NCBI GenBank assembly: GCA_963775425.1
Contig: CAVZJB010000004.1
Coordinates: 576,001 to 640,000 of the forward strand
DNA: 64,000 bases
DNA from: an uncultured delta proteobacterium
Lineage (GTDB): Bacteria; Myxococcota; UBA727; VGSZ01
Direction: 5' to 3'
Positions 21,049-34,217 of this stretch are shown in pieces. The notes beneath the pieces are model-generated. The model made no database searches, was not told the DNA's origin, and was given only the letters and a program-made list of their open reading frames with translations. Numbering within the stretch: the first letter of the stretch is position 1; each line of letters starts with the position of its first letter. The position numbers and the translations under genes are program-made.

Positions 21049-21783
21049 TCACCGGCGCCGGGCGAGGATCCTGGCGACGTCGACGGCGGCGTGGACCATG
21101 TCGCGGGTCTTGAGCTTGGAGCCCGCCACGTCGCGCCAGGCGCCGAGCGGGACCTCGACGATGCGGGCGGCGCGCGCCTCCCGCTCGCGCCCGGAGCTGC
21201 GTCCGAGGACGCGATCGAGCAGATCGACGTCGAACACCCACGGTGAGCGAAAGGGCTCCGCCAGCGCCGCGCGCAGCTCGTCGTCGACGCGGAAGGCCTT
21301 GGCGCCGCACTGCGTGTCGTAGACCGGGACCCCGAGCGCGAGCGACGCCACCGTGGCGAACACGCGGCCGGCGTAGTGCCGGCGGGCGCGCCGCTCGATC
21401 TGCGCCCCGAGGCGCGCCACGCGCGAGCCGAGCGCGGCGAGCAGCTCGGGGCGCTCGCGCAGCAGGTCGAGGAGCCGCAGCATCTCCCCGGGCGGCGTGG
21501 CGAAATCAGCGTCGAGGTAGCCGACCACGGCGGCGCCGGCGTCGACGCCCGCGCGCAGGCCGACGCGCACCGCCTCGGCCTTGCCGCGGTTCTCGGACAG
21601 CGCCACGACGTGGACGCGGCGGCCGTGGCGCTCCTCGTACGCGCGCAGCAGCTTGAGCGTGTGATCGCGCGAGCCGTCGTCGACGAGCACCAGCTCGACG
21701 TCGGGATCTTCGAGCAGCCTGTCGAGCGCGCGCTCGTCGAGCCGCTGCTCCTCGTCGAAGCAGGGGACCGTCAGCGAGATCAC
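21049..21783 (-). CDS. GT2 glycosyltransferase (polyprenol-phosphate glycosyltransferase-like)
   Basis: VPCFDE, VDDGS.D, N.GKAEAVR.G, YLDAD, YDTQCGAK.FR, W.FDV. Confidence 0.93.
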   Translation of the reverse strand: MISLTVPCFDEEQRLDERALDRLLEDPDVELVLVDDGSRDHTLKLLRAYEERHGRRVHVVALSENRGKAEAVRVGLRAGVDAGAAVVGYLDADFATPPGEMLRLLDLLRERPELLAALGSRVARLGAQIERRARRHYAGRVFATVASLALGVPVYDTQCGAKAFRVDDELRAALAEPFRSPWVFDVDLLDRVLGRSSGREREARAARIVEVPLGAWRDVAGSKLKTRDMVHAAVDVARILARRR

Positions 21784-21793
21784 GGCGCGCGCG

Positions 21794-23056
21794 TCACGGC
21801 GCGTCGAGCGAGATGACGCGCGCGGTGGCGGAGATGTCTTCGCCGGCGAAGCCGCCCGCGAGGAGCGCGTGGGCGTCGTCGATGCGGGTGAGCGTGAACG
21901 AATACTCGGCGCCGCCGACGTCGGAGAGCACGGGCACGGCGCTCTGGGTGGCGTAGTCCCACGCCTCGCACGACGATGCGTCGACGCCGCCGCACACGAG
22001 CGACAGACACGACAGCGCCACGGACTCGCAGGCGTAGCGCGGCGTGGCGAGGGCGCCCGCGTGGTGCCAGCCGTTGTCGGTGGGGTCGAAGGCCTCGACG
22101 TCGTCGAGGGTGCCCGGGCCGTTCAGGCCCCCGAAGAACAGGCCGCGGCCGTCGCCGTCGACGGACGCGCAGGCGGAGCGGCGCGGGCCGGGGATGGCGG
22201 CGAGCGGCGCGGCGCGGCCGTCGGCGAAGATCATGTCGGCGTCGTCGAGCGACGACGTGAAGTAGCCGCCCGCCATGACGACGCGGCCGTCGCCGAGGCC
22301 GAGCGCGGTGTGCGCGCCGCGCGGCTCGGAGATGGTGCCGGACGCGGCGACGAGAGAGTCGTCGGAGGCGTCGAAGAGCAACACCTCGTCGGGGTAGGCC
22401 TCCGCGTTGTCGCGGCCGCCGAACACGACGACGGTGCCGCCGCCGACGGCGACGGCGGAGAGGCCGGACCGCGGCTCGGGCATGTCGGGACCTGCGCTCC
22501 ACGTCTCGTTCTGCGGGTCCCAGATCTCGGTGCTGGCGAGGTCGCCGTTGTCGTCGGGGGTGGCGGAGTCGTTGTTGAAGCCGCCAAAGGCCACGGCGCG
22601 GCCGTCGTCGAGGGCGACGAGCGCGAGGTCGTAGCGCGCCTGCGCCAGGGATCCCGTGGGGGTGAACGTCTTCGTGGCGGGGTCGAAGAGCGCCGCGCTG
22701 GTGACGCTCTCGTAGGTGTCGTCGTGGCCGCCGGCGAGGAGCACCCGGCCGTCCGCGAGGAGCGCGGCGGCGTGGCGCGTGCGCGCGCTGTCCATGGCGA
22801 TGGGCGCGCCGGCGTGGACGACGACGGCGCCGCCGCAGACCTCGGCGCTCACGTCGCCCTCGCCCTCGCCCTCGCCCGCCTCGCCTTCGCCTTCGCCGAC
22901 GTCACCCTCGCCCTCGGCGGCGTCGCCCTCCCCTTCGCCGACGTCGATGCTGCGGTCGGGGCGGCCGAAGAGGAACGCGTCGTCGCAGGCTCCCGCCAGC
23001 GGCAGGAGGAACGCGAGGACGAGCGACGAGGCGAGCGGGCGAGCACGACGGAGCAT
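21794..23056 (-). CDS. Kelch-repeat lipoprotein with (GE)n linker
   Basis: Lipobox LAGAC; repeated R..H.A..L.DGRVL..GG and FDP..TFT..GSL Kelch blades. Confidence 0.88.
   Translation of the reverse strand: MLRRARPLASSLVLAFLLPLAGACDDAFLFGRPDRSIDVGEGEGDAAEGEGDVGEGEGEAGEGEGEGDVSAEVCGGAVVVHAGAPIAMDSARTRHAAALLADGRVLLAGGHDDTYESVTSAALFDPATKTFTPTGSLAQARYDLALVALDDGRAVAFGGFNNDSATPDDNGDLASTEIWDPQNETWSAGPDMPEPRSGLSAVAVGGGTVVVFGGRDNAEAYPDEVLLFDASDDSLVAASGTISEPRGAHTALGLGDGRVVMAGGYFTSSLDDADMIFADGRAAPLAAIPGPRRSACASVDGDGRGLFFGGLNGPGTLDDVEAFDPTDNGWHHAGALATPRYACESVALSCLSLVCGGVDASSCEAWDYATQSAVPVLSDVGGAEYSFTLTRIDDAHALLAGGFAGEDISATARVISLDAP
22851..22941 (-). repeat. (GE)n / GEGEGD coding low-complexity repeat
   Basis: (TCGCCC/TCGCCT)n on the plus strand. 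Confidence 0.9.
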
Positions 23057-23202
23057 CGCGGGAGCATGACGGCGGCGCGGTCGAGGTCAATGCAGTCCCG
23101 CGTGACTCCAATCGCCGCGCGGGTTGCGCGCCGGGGCCGTTTCCACGATGAACGGCGCGCGGCGAAGCGCGTCGTCGACGTGCGCAGGGTGGCAAGGATC
23201 AG

Positions 23203-24267
23203 ATGACCCGGAAGAAGCGGCGCAAGCTCACGCGACACCCGAAGGACGTGGTGCTCCTGCAGCTCGCGCTGCTGCTGATGCACGGCGAGGGGCTCAGCTA
23301 CGAGCGGCTCGAGAGCGAATTCCTCCTGAAGCGCCGCTCCGCCGAGCGCTACGTGCGGCACCTGCGGGACGCAGGCCTGCCCGTCGTCGCCGCGCGGGAG
23401 GACAGGAAGGCCATCTTCACGCTCGACCCGGGGCGCGCGCGGCTCGACCTCGAGGCCATCGACGTCCCGCTGCACGCGGCGCGGTCGCTGTCGCTCTTGT
23501 TCGTGGCCGCGCAGTTGCTGCCGCGCTCGCTCGGCATCAAGGAGGCGGTGGATCGCACGGTGCGCGCGTCGCTGCGCTTGAGCGGGCTCAAGGCCGCCGC
23601 CGAGCTGCGTCGCCTCGAGGACGCGGTGGTGGTGCTGGAGAACGACGCCAAGGATTACCAGGGGAAGGCGGAGGTCTTTCAGGCCCTCGTCGACGCCGTG
23701 CTCGAGGGGCGCCGCGTGCGCGTGCTCTATCGCTCCCCGAAGAAGAAGCAGCCCGCGGAGGAGACGTTCTTCGCCGCGAGCATCGGCTTGTACAAGGGCG
23801 GGCTCTACGTGCTCGCCGTCCCGCCCGGCGACGACGGCGGCGCGCCCGTGTGGCGCGCGCTCGAGCGCGTCGAGGGCATGCCCGTGGTCGACGGCAAGAG
23901 CCGCATCCCGACGGCGGTGCGCCAGCGCGCGCTCGACGAGGCGCGGCGCCGCTGGGGGCCCGCGCGCCCCAAGGGAAAGGCGCAGGTGATCACGCTGCAC
24001 TTCAGCGAGGCGGCGGCGCCGTACGTGCTCGCGCGGCCGTGGCACGTGGAGGCCGACGTCGAGCCCTGGCCCGGTGGCGGGCTGCGCATGTCGCTTCGCC
24101 TCTCGGGGGCCACGGAGATGTTCGAGTCCTGGGTGAAGTCGTGGGGCTCCGAGGTCCAGGTGCTCCGCCCGAAGGAGATGGCCGAGCGCATCGCCGGCGA
24201 GCTCGCCGACGCCGCGCGGATGCACAAGGACGCGAGCGCGGCCTTCGAGCGCGAGCTCGCGTCGTAG
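23203..24267 (+). CDS. WYL-domain transcriptional regulator (wHTH-WYL-WCX)
   Basis: N-terminal HTH (LSYERLESEF..RRSAERYVRHLRDAGLPV); WYL (RRVRVLYRS..GGLYVLA..WRALERV); WCX tail (RPWH, WVKSWGSEVQVLRP). Confidence 0.9.
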   Translation: MTRKKRRKLTRHPKDVVLLQLALLLMHGEGLSYERLESEFLLKRRSAERYVRHLRDAGLPVVAAREDRKAIFTLDPGRARLDLEAIDVPLHAARSLSLLFVAAQLLPRSLGIKEAVDRTVRASLRLSGLKAAAELRRLEDAVVVLENDAKDYQGKAEVFQALVDAVLEGRRVRVLYRSPKKKQPAEETFFAASIGLYKGGLYVLAVPPGDDGGAPVWRALERVEGMPVVDGKSRIPTAVRQRALDEARRRWGPARPKGKAQVITLHFSEAAAPYVLARPWHVEADVEPWPGGGLRMSLRLSGATEMFESWVKSWGSEVQVLRPKEMAERIAGELADAARMHKDASAAFERELAS

Positions 24268-24305
24268 TCCCCGCGACGCTCGCGCGCCGGGGAGCGCCGC
24301 CCCCC

Positions 24306-24367
24306 GTGGGCGGTGACGAGTGGGGCGGGTGACGGGTGGGGCGGGTGACGGGTGGGGCGGGTGACGC
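24306..24367 (+). repeat. 16-bp G-rich tandem repeat
   Basis: GTGGGGCGGGTGACGG x3 plus one degenerate copy. Confidence 0.9.
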
Positions 24368-24376
24368 GCGGCGTCG

Positions 24377-24416
24377 CCATCGTCGCCGAGGGGGATCCAT
24401 CGTCGCCGAGGGGGAT
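24377..24416 (+). repeat. 20-bp perfect tandem duplication
   Basis: CCATCGTCGCCGAGGGGGAT x2. Confidence 0.9.
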
Positions 24417-24448
24417 GACGCCGCGCACAGGCGTGGCAAGCTGGCGCC

Positions 24449-26521
24449 ATGCCCTTCGCCCCCCTCTCGCGCGCCGCCGTCGTCGTCGCCGGGCTCGCCG
24501 CCGCCGCAGCCGGCTGCGCGCCCGATCCCCTCGACATCCCCGCGGGCTGCTCGCCGCTGCTGTCGGACGTCGACTGCGGCGTGCCGTACCCCTCGGACTT
24601 CTACCTCGTCGACGACCCGAGCACGCCCACGGGCAAGCGCATCCACTTCGAGGACGCGGCCAAGCTCATCACCGAGCACGGCCTCTCCGCCGACGTCACC
24701 GACACCACCGCCACCGACGGCTTCTCTCCCGTCACGCCCATCGTCTTCGCCTTCGGCACCGCCGTCGACCAGGCGAGCATGCCCGCGCTGTTCGACGACG
24801 CCACCGCCACCACCACAAAGGGCTTTCACACCGCGCTCATCGACGCCGCCACCGGCGAGCGCATCCCCCACTTCATCGACGTCGACCCCTACGCCGCAGA
24901 CGGCAAGCGCCAGGCGCTCATCATGCACGTCCTCGTGCGGCTCAAGGAAAAGACCCGCTACGTCGTCGCCGTCAGCGGCCTGAAGGGAGAGAGCGGCAAG
25001 GAGGTCGCGCCGCCCGAGGCCTTCCGGCGCATGCGCGACAACAACGTCGGCGACGATCCGGTCCTCAAGCCGCTCCTCGCCCGCTACGAGACCGACATCT
25101 TCCCCGTCCTCGACAAGGACGGCCTCGACCGCGGCGCGCTGCAGCTCGCGTGGGACTTCACCACCGGCAGCGACGAGCTCGCCATGCGCGACATGCTCGG
25201 CGGCCGCGCCCTCGCGCTCGCCGCGCTGGACGCCGCCCCGCCGGTCATCACCGTCGACTCCGTGTTCGAGGGCGACGCCGTCGCCAGCATCGTCGGCAAC
25301 GACCACCCCGAGCTCACCTGGCGCATCATCCGCGGAACCGTCACCGCGCCGCGCATCGTCGAGACCAACGAACCCGGCACGCTCCTCCACAGGGACGCCG
25401 ACGGCAACGTCGCGCTCAACGGCACCACGACCTTCCCCTTCACCGCCATCGTGCCCGCCAGCGTGCGCGACGGCTTCGACGGGGGCGCGCCGATGATGTT
25501 CGGCCACGGCTTCTTCGGCGACCAGGGCGAGCTCGAGGGCATCGCCGCGCGCAGCATCCTCGATCACGCCGGCGTCGTCGGCTTCGCCGTCGATTGGCAG
25601 GGGATGAGCGTCGACGACATCGGCCACGTCGTCGAGCAGATCGGCGGCGACGTCAGCGGCGCCATCGACTTCGGCGATCGCGTGATGCAGGCCATGGTGA
25701 ACTGGATGACCGTCACCCGCGCGGTGAAGCTCGGCCTCTTCACAGAAGACCCGGCGTTTCAACGCCCCACCGACCCTGCGCTGCCCGGCGTCGTCGTCGA
25801 CCCGAACGACGCGTCGCAGGACAACGCCGGCCAGCCCGTGGTCGACCTCGGAAAGCCCATGGGTTACCTCGGCATCAGCCTCGGCCACGTCCTCGGCGGC
25901 ACGCTCTCCGCCCTCGATCCCGACATCGAGCGCAACATGCTGATGGTCGGCGGCGCGGCCTTCTCCACCATGATGTACCGCGCGCGCCCCTTCGATCGCT
26001 TTCGCGCCCTCCTGGCGTTCACCGTGCCCGACGCGCTCGACCAGCAGAAGCTGGCGGCGCAGATGCAGAGCCCGTTCGATCGCTTCGACCCGGCGACGTT
26101 CGCACCGTACGTGGTGGGGAAGGACCTCCCCGTCGGCCCCACCAACCACTTCGAGCGGCGCCACGTGCTCGAGATGTTCGGCATCGGCGATCCGCAGGTG
26201 CCGAACGTCGCCAGCGAGCTGCACGCGCGCATCATGGGCATCCCGCTGATGGCGCCCGCCGCGGGCCGCCCGACGTTCGGGCTCGAGAGCGCCGACTATC
26301 CCCGCGACGGCTCCGGCGTCGTCATCTACGACCTCGGCGTCGACGACAGCTTCTACGCGCAGGCCGAGTCGGGCGACGCCAACATCGTGCACGAAGGCGT
26401 GCGGCGCGTGCCTCAGGCCCTCGACATGATGAAGGAGTTCCTCGCGAACGGCGACATCGTCGACGCCTGCGGTGGCGCGTGCGTCGTGGACCCGAGCGCG
26501 CTCGACATCCCCGGGAGCTGA
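24449..26521 (+). CDS. lipoprotein with C-terminal alpha/beta-hydrolase fold
   Basis: Lipobox AAGC; PYPSDFYL and DGFSP N-terminal motifs; FGHGFFG oxyanion region; nucleophile elbow YLGISLG; GDPQVPN; late His (VHE). Confidence 0.85.
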   Translation: MPFAPLSRAAVVVAGLAAAAAGCAPDPLDIPAGCSPLLSDVDCGVPYPSDFYLVDDPSTPTGKRIHFEDAAKLITEHGLSADVTDTTATDGFSPVTPIVFAFGTAVDQASMPALFDDATATTTKGFHTALIDAATGERIPHFIDVDPYAADGKRQALIMHVLVRLKEKTRYVVAVSGLKGESGKEVAPPEAFRRMRDNNVGDDPVLKPLLARYETDIFPVLDKDGLDRGALQLAWDFTTGSDELAMRDMLGGRALALAALDAAPPVITVDSVFEGDAVASIVGNDHPELTWRIIRGTVTAPRIVETNEPGTLLHRDADGNVALNGTTTFPFTAIVPASVRDGFDGGAPMMFGHGFFGDQGELEGIAARSILDHAGVVGFAVDWQGMSVDDIGHVVEQIGGDVSGAIDFGDRVMQAMVNWMTVTRAVKLGLFTEDPAFQRPTDPALPGVVVDPNDASQDNAGQPVVDLGKPMGYLGISLGHVLGGTLSALDPDIERNMLMVGGAAFSTMMYRARPFDRFRALLAFTVPDALDQQKLAAQMQSPFDRFDPATFAPYVVGKDLPVGPTNHFERRHVLEMFGIGDPQVPNVASELHARIMGIPLMAPAAGRPTFGLESADYPRDGSGVVIYDLGVDDSFYAQAESGDANIVHEGVRRVPQALDMMKEFLANGDIVDACGGACVVDPSALDIPGS

Positions 26522-26545
26522 CTCAAAGACCGGAGGGGGCAACGG

Positions 26546-30268
<3,723 letters not shown>

Positions 30269-30270
30269 CG

Positions 30271-32220
30271 CTATCTCGCCTTCTTCCCGGTGTGCAGCTC
30301 GGACGAGAGCGCGTCGATGGCGCCCGCGATCTCCCCGCTGTCCGCGCGGCGCTTGAGGAGCGCGAGATCCTCCTCCGCGTGCTGCGTGTCGCCTTCGGCG
30401 AGCGCCCGCCGCGCCCGCTCGAGATAGGCGTCGCGCGCGCCCGGCGCGCCCGGCTCGAGCGCGATCGCTTGCGAAAAGAGCGCCACGGCCTCGGTGTCGT
30501 CCTTCTCGGTCTTCCCCTGGGCGAGCAGCGCCGCCTGGCGCGCCCGGGTGGCGCCGGCCCCCAACGGCGCACCCGGTGACGACGCGCCCGGCGACGACGC
30601 GCCCGGTGACGACGACGCGCCCGGTGACGATGACGCGCCCGGCGACGACGACGCGCCCGGCGACGACGACGCGCCCGGTGACGCGCCCGGTGACGATGGG
30701 GCGCCCGGCATCGGCGCGCGGGTCACGCCGGTCTCGGGCGTCGCGGAGCTGTACAGGGCGACCACGATCGCGATGATGACCACACCCAGGGCCGCTGCCA
30801 GAAGCCATTTTCGCGCGAGCAGCGCGGCGACGAGCTCTCCCGGGCGATCGTCCGTGCGGTGCGGCAGCTCGGGCAGCCCCAGCGGGGGCAGCGCGGCGTC
30901 GTCCGGGCGCGCCGTCGGCCGCGAGCCCTCGCTGGACAGGCGGGTCACCTGGAGGCCGCGACGCCCGGCGGGGCCGGCGGGAAACGCCTCCACGGGGCTC
31001 GGCGCGGGCGGGGGCGGTGCCGGCCGGGGGACCGGATCGCGCCCGATCCGCTCCTCCGGCGGCCGCTGCGGCGCGCGCTCGGCGAGGTCCTGCGGCGGCA
31101 GCGCGAACGTCGCCCACGCCGCCGCCGCCCCGGACGCCGGCGTCGGCGGCGACTGCGTCGTCACCGGCGCCTGCCGCCCCGTGGCGCCCGGCACAGGCGT
31201 CGGCGGCGCGACGGGGATGACGTCGGCGCGCGCGGCGGGCCGCTTGCGGGTGGCGTCGTTTGGATCGACGGCGGGGAACGTCGCCTCCGAGGCGAGGAGC
31301 TCCTCGAGGGGCATCGACACCGGTCCGGCGTCGACCGCCCGCGAGGGCGTCGGCGGCGTCACGGACGCCACGGACGCCACGGCGACGCCGCCCGGCTTGG
31401 ACGCCGGCCTGGGGGCCCGGACCGTCGGGATCTCGCCGAGGGTGGAGCCGTCGGAGGCGCTCGCGGCCTGCGCGGTGAGCACCTCGACGGCGCGGGTGGG
31501 ATCGTCGAAGCCCACGTCGGCGTCGAGCGGCGGGAGGAGGTCGCCGCCGGGCACCTCGGTGGGTGGCGACGCCTCGCCCGTGCTCAGCGCGATGGTGGCG
31601 TCGTCGAGATCGCTGGGCTCCGGCGCCGGGACAGAGGCGTCGAAGAGGAGCTCCTCATCGTCATCGTCATCGTCGTCGGCGGCCTCGGCGTCCTCGACGG
31701 CTTCGAGCGCCGCGCGGCGCAATGCCTCACCCGGGTGGTGGGCGGTGACCGTGGTCGGGGGCGGGCTCGCGAAGTCCAGCGCCTCGATGGCCCGGGTGGA
31801 CTCGGCGCCGAACGGATCCTCCTCGGGCAGGAGCTGCATCGCGCGATCGAGCTGCGGGCCCAGCGCGAGGTAGGGCTGGTGCGGCGGCAGCCCGAGCGCG
31901 TCCGCCTGCGCCGCCATCTCGGGATCGGCGTAGGCGATGCAAAGCCTGCCGCCCTGCGAGGCAACCGGCGCGCAGCCGAGCTGGCGGCAGAGGTCCCCGT
32001 CGAGATCCACCGGCGGCGGGCGCGGGTGGCTGAGCCAGGCGAGGGGCGCCGGCGGCAGCCCCGACACCGCGCAGCACGCCTCGAGCACCTTGCCGGGAGC
32101 GAATCCCAGCGCGACGAGCTGCTCGGCGATGTTTCCCCGCTCGTCGATGAGCCCCTGCGCTTGCGCCGCCTGTTCCAGGGGCGCATCACGGCACACGTGA
32201 TCCACGATCCGGTCGCGCAT
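30271..32220 (-). CDS. kinase-less paralogue: GspE-N-like head, Pro/Ala/acidic linker, TM, TPR-like tail
   Basis: N-terminal ~130 aa and C-terminal ~65 aa visibly align with the adjacent kinase; TM WLLAAALGVVIIAIVVALY. Confidence 0.82.
   Translation of the reverse strand: MRDRIVDHVCRDAPLEQAAQAQGLIDERGNIAEQLVALGFAPGKVLEACCAVSGLPPAPLAWLSHPRPPPVDLDGDLCRQLGCAPVASQGGRLCIAYADPEMAAQADALGLPPHQPYLALGPQLDRAMQLLPEEDPFGAESTRAIEALDFASPPPTTVTAHHPGEALRRAALEAVEDAEAADDDDDDDEELLFDASVPAPEPSDLDDATIALSTGEASPPTEVPGGDLLPPLDADVGFDDPTRAVEVLTAQAASASDGSTLGEIPTVRAPRPASKPGGVAVASVASVTPPTPSRAVDAGPVSMPLEELLASEATFPAVDPNDATRKRPAARADVIPVAPPTPVPGATGRQAPVTTQSPPTPASGAAAAWATFALPPQDLAERAPQRPPEERIGRDPVPRPAPPPPAPSPVEAFPAGPAGRRGLQVTRLSSEGSRPTARPDDAALPPLGLPELPHRTDDRPGELVAALLARKWLLAAALGVVIIAIVVALYSSATPETGVTRAPMPGAPSSPGASPGASSSPGASSSPGASSSPGASSSPGASSPGASSPGAPLGAGATRARQAALLAQGKTEKDDTEAVALFSQAIALEPGAPGARDAYLERARRALAEGDTQHAEEDLALLKRRADSGEIAGAIDALSSELHTGKKAR
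30572..30700 (-). repeat. 15-18-bp coding tandem repeat (PGASSS)n
   Basis: GACGACGACGCGCCCGG(T/C) repeats on the plus strand. Confidence 0.88.
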
Positions 32221-32329
32221 CGTTCCGGCCTCAAGGGTAAAGCCTCACGAGGCGAAAGGACCACTTTCCCAGACCTGTTGCCGGACCCGGGCTGATTCGG
32301 CAGACCACGAGCGTTTCGTCCGGAGCCCC

Positions 32330-33757
32330 ATGACGTCATCCACCCGTACCCCGACACTCGCCGCGCTCTGCGCCGGTGGGTTCCTCGCGTCCTTGTGGGC
32401 GCTCTTCCAATGGGCCGAGCTCCTCGTCGCCCGCGCTGGAGGGACGCCGTTTTGCTCCCTGTCGGCCACGTTCGACTGCAGCGCGGTCTGGGACTCGCCC
32501 TTCGCCAAGGCCGTGCACAACGCGACCATGGTCCCCGTCGCCGGGTGGGGGTTGATGTGGGGGATCGTGGCCTTCGCTCTCCCGCTGCTCGCCCTCGTCG
32601 ACACCGCGCGCCTCCAGCGCGGCCTCGGCGCCGCCCTCCGGCTCACCGCCATCGCCGGCGGCGTCAGCGTCATCGTGCTCGCCGGCGCGAGCCTCGCGGC
32701 CGGCCACGTGTGCATCGGCTGCATGGGCACCTATGTCGTCGTCGGCGCGTGGAGCGTCGGCGCGTTCTTCGCCACCCGGTCCTTCGGCTTCGCCGAGGTG
32801 CAAAAGGGCGTGTTCTGGGCGGGCGGGCTCACGGTCGCCTCGTACCTCGCGCTCCTCGGGCCCGGCATGTTGACCCCGCACGCCCTCGGTGACGTCGGCA
32901 AAAACGCCATCGCCAACGCCTCCGCCGCCGCGGGCTCCGCCAACGCAGGCGCCCACGGCGGCGCCAACGCAGGCGCCAACGCGGGCACCGGCGACAACGG
33001 CCCGCGCGCCGACAACGGCCCCGGCCCCTTCGACGGCCCCTCCACGGGCGATCCCAACAAGGACGAGGCGCTCACCGCGCTGATGGCGCAGCTCCCGCCG
33101 GACGCCAAGCAGGTGATGGCCAACCTCCTCGCCGCCTACGACAACGAGGCCCAGGCCCCCGCCGTCCCGGCGGCCCGCGCCATCGTCGGCGACAAGAACG
33201 CCGCCGTCACCATCGTGGACTGGACCGATCCCCTGTGCCCGCACTGTGCGGAGCTGCACGAGGTGCTCGACGAGATCCGGCGCGCGGTGCCGCCGGGCTC
33301 CCTCGCCATCGAGCCGCACTTCTTCCCGCTCGACGGCTTGTGCAACCCGAGCGTCCAGCGCAAGAACGACACCGGCGAGATCCGCTGCGCGGCCACCAAG
33401 GCCCTGCTCTGCCTCGAGGACGATCCGGGCAAGCTCGCGTTGGCGCAAAAGGAGGTGTTCGAGAACCAGGCGCGCCTGTCGAGCCTCGACAACCTCTGGG
33501 AGATCCTCAAGCCCATCGCCGACAAGAGCAAGCTCGAGGCGTGCATGGCCACGCCGGAGACGCAGCAGAAGCTCGACGCCGACATCGACGCCGCCAACAA
33601 GAACCACCTCGAGGGCACGCCCCTCGTCCTCGTGAACGGCAAGGAGGTGCAGCCCTTCGGGCCCATCCTCTATTCGCTGGTGCTCACCGGGGGAAAGACG
33701 CACGCCGCGCCGCTCAAGGTGCTCCCCGCGCCCAAGGCGCCCGCGCCGCACCCGTGA
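32330..33757 (+). CDS. VKOR - DsbA/thioredoxin fusion (disulfide bond formation)
   Basis: VKOR loop FCSLSATFDC.AV and CIGC; several TMs; thioredoxin CPHC and GTP..LVNG. Confidence 0.92.
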   Translation: MTSSTRTPTLAALCAGGFLASLWALFQWAELLVARAGGTPFCSLSATFDCSAVWDSPFAKAVHNATMVPVAGWGLMWGIVAFALPLLALVDTARLQRGLGAALRLTAIAGGVSVIVLAGASLAAGHVCIGCMGTYVVVGAWSVGAFFATRSFGFAEVQKGVFWAGGLTVASYLALLGPGMLTPHALGDVGKNAIANASAAAGSANAGAHGGANAGANAGTGDNGPRADNGPGPFDGPSTGDPNKDEALTALMAQLPPDAKQVMANLLAAYDNEAQAPAVPAARAIVGDKNAAVTIVDWTDPLCPHCAELHEVLDEIRRAVPPGSLAIEPHFFPLDGLCNPSVQRKNDTGEIRCAATKALLCLEDDPGKLALAQKEVFENQARLSSLDNLWEILKPIADKSKLEACMATPETQQKLDADIDAANKNHLEGTPLVLVNGKEVQPFGPILYSLVLTGGKTHAAPLKVLPAPKAPAPHP

Positions 33758-33767
33758 GCCGCGCGCC

Positions 33768-34217
33768 ATGACCTCGGTGCGCCACGGCGACCTCGTCGTC
33801 GACGTCCCCGCCGAATGGGCGGATCGCTCCACCCTCGTCTTCGTGGGGCCCGCGCCCGCGGCGCCGGCGGTGGTGAACGAGCGGCGGGCGCAGCCCTCGC
33901 TCACCGTCACGTTCACGCGGGCGAGCAAGGGCGCCAAGGCGCTGCTCGACGACGAGCTCGCCGGGCTCGCCGCCATGTCCCTCGGCTTTCACGCGCTCGG
34001 CGACGAGCCCTTCGCCTGCGCGTTCGGCGAAGGCGTGTTGTCCTCGCACCGCCTGGAGCTCGACGGCGTCCGCGTCCGCCAGCTCTTCGCGGTCTGCGTC
34101 CGCGGCGCCATCGCCGTGCGCGCCGTCGCTTCCGTGGGCGAGACGGACTTCGCTAAGCTCGAGCCCGCCTTGCGCGCGGCCCTCGGGTCGCTGCGCGTCG
34201 CCGCGGGTGCATCATGA
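33768..34217 (+). CDS. DcrB/DUF1795 (PsbP/Mog1-fold)-like protein
   Basis: VPAEWADRSTLVF, PSLTVT, VRQ pattern resembles DcrB/EagR-related proteins; no signal peptide. Confidence 0.6.
   Translation: MTSVRHGDLVVDVPAEWADRSTLVFVGPAPAAPAVVNERRAQPSLTVTFTRASKGAKALLDDELAGLAAMSLGFHALGDEPFACAFGEGVLSSHRLELDGVRVRQLFAVCVRGAIAVRAVASVGETDFAKLEPALRAALGSLRVAAGAS

Noticed and set aside
24306-24416. Possible mini-CRISPR array next to the WYL gene
   Set aside because: Repeats are directly tandem with no unique spacers, and there are no cas genes in the window
30269-31117. N-terminal extension of the kinase ORF to 1523 aa
   Set aside because: It overlaps the upstream gene in another frame; the paralogue alignment places the start at 30268
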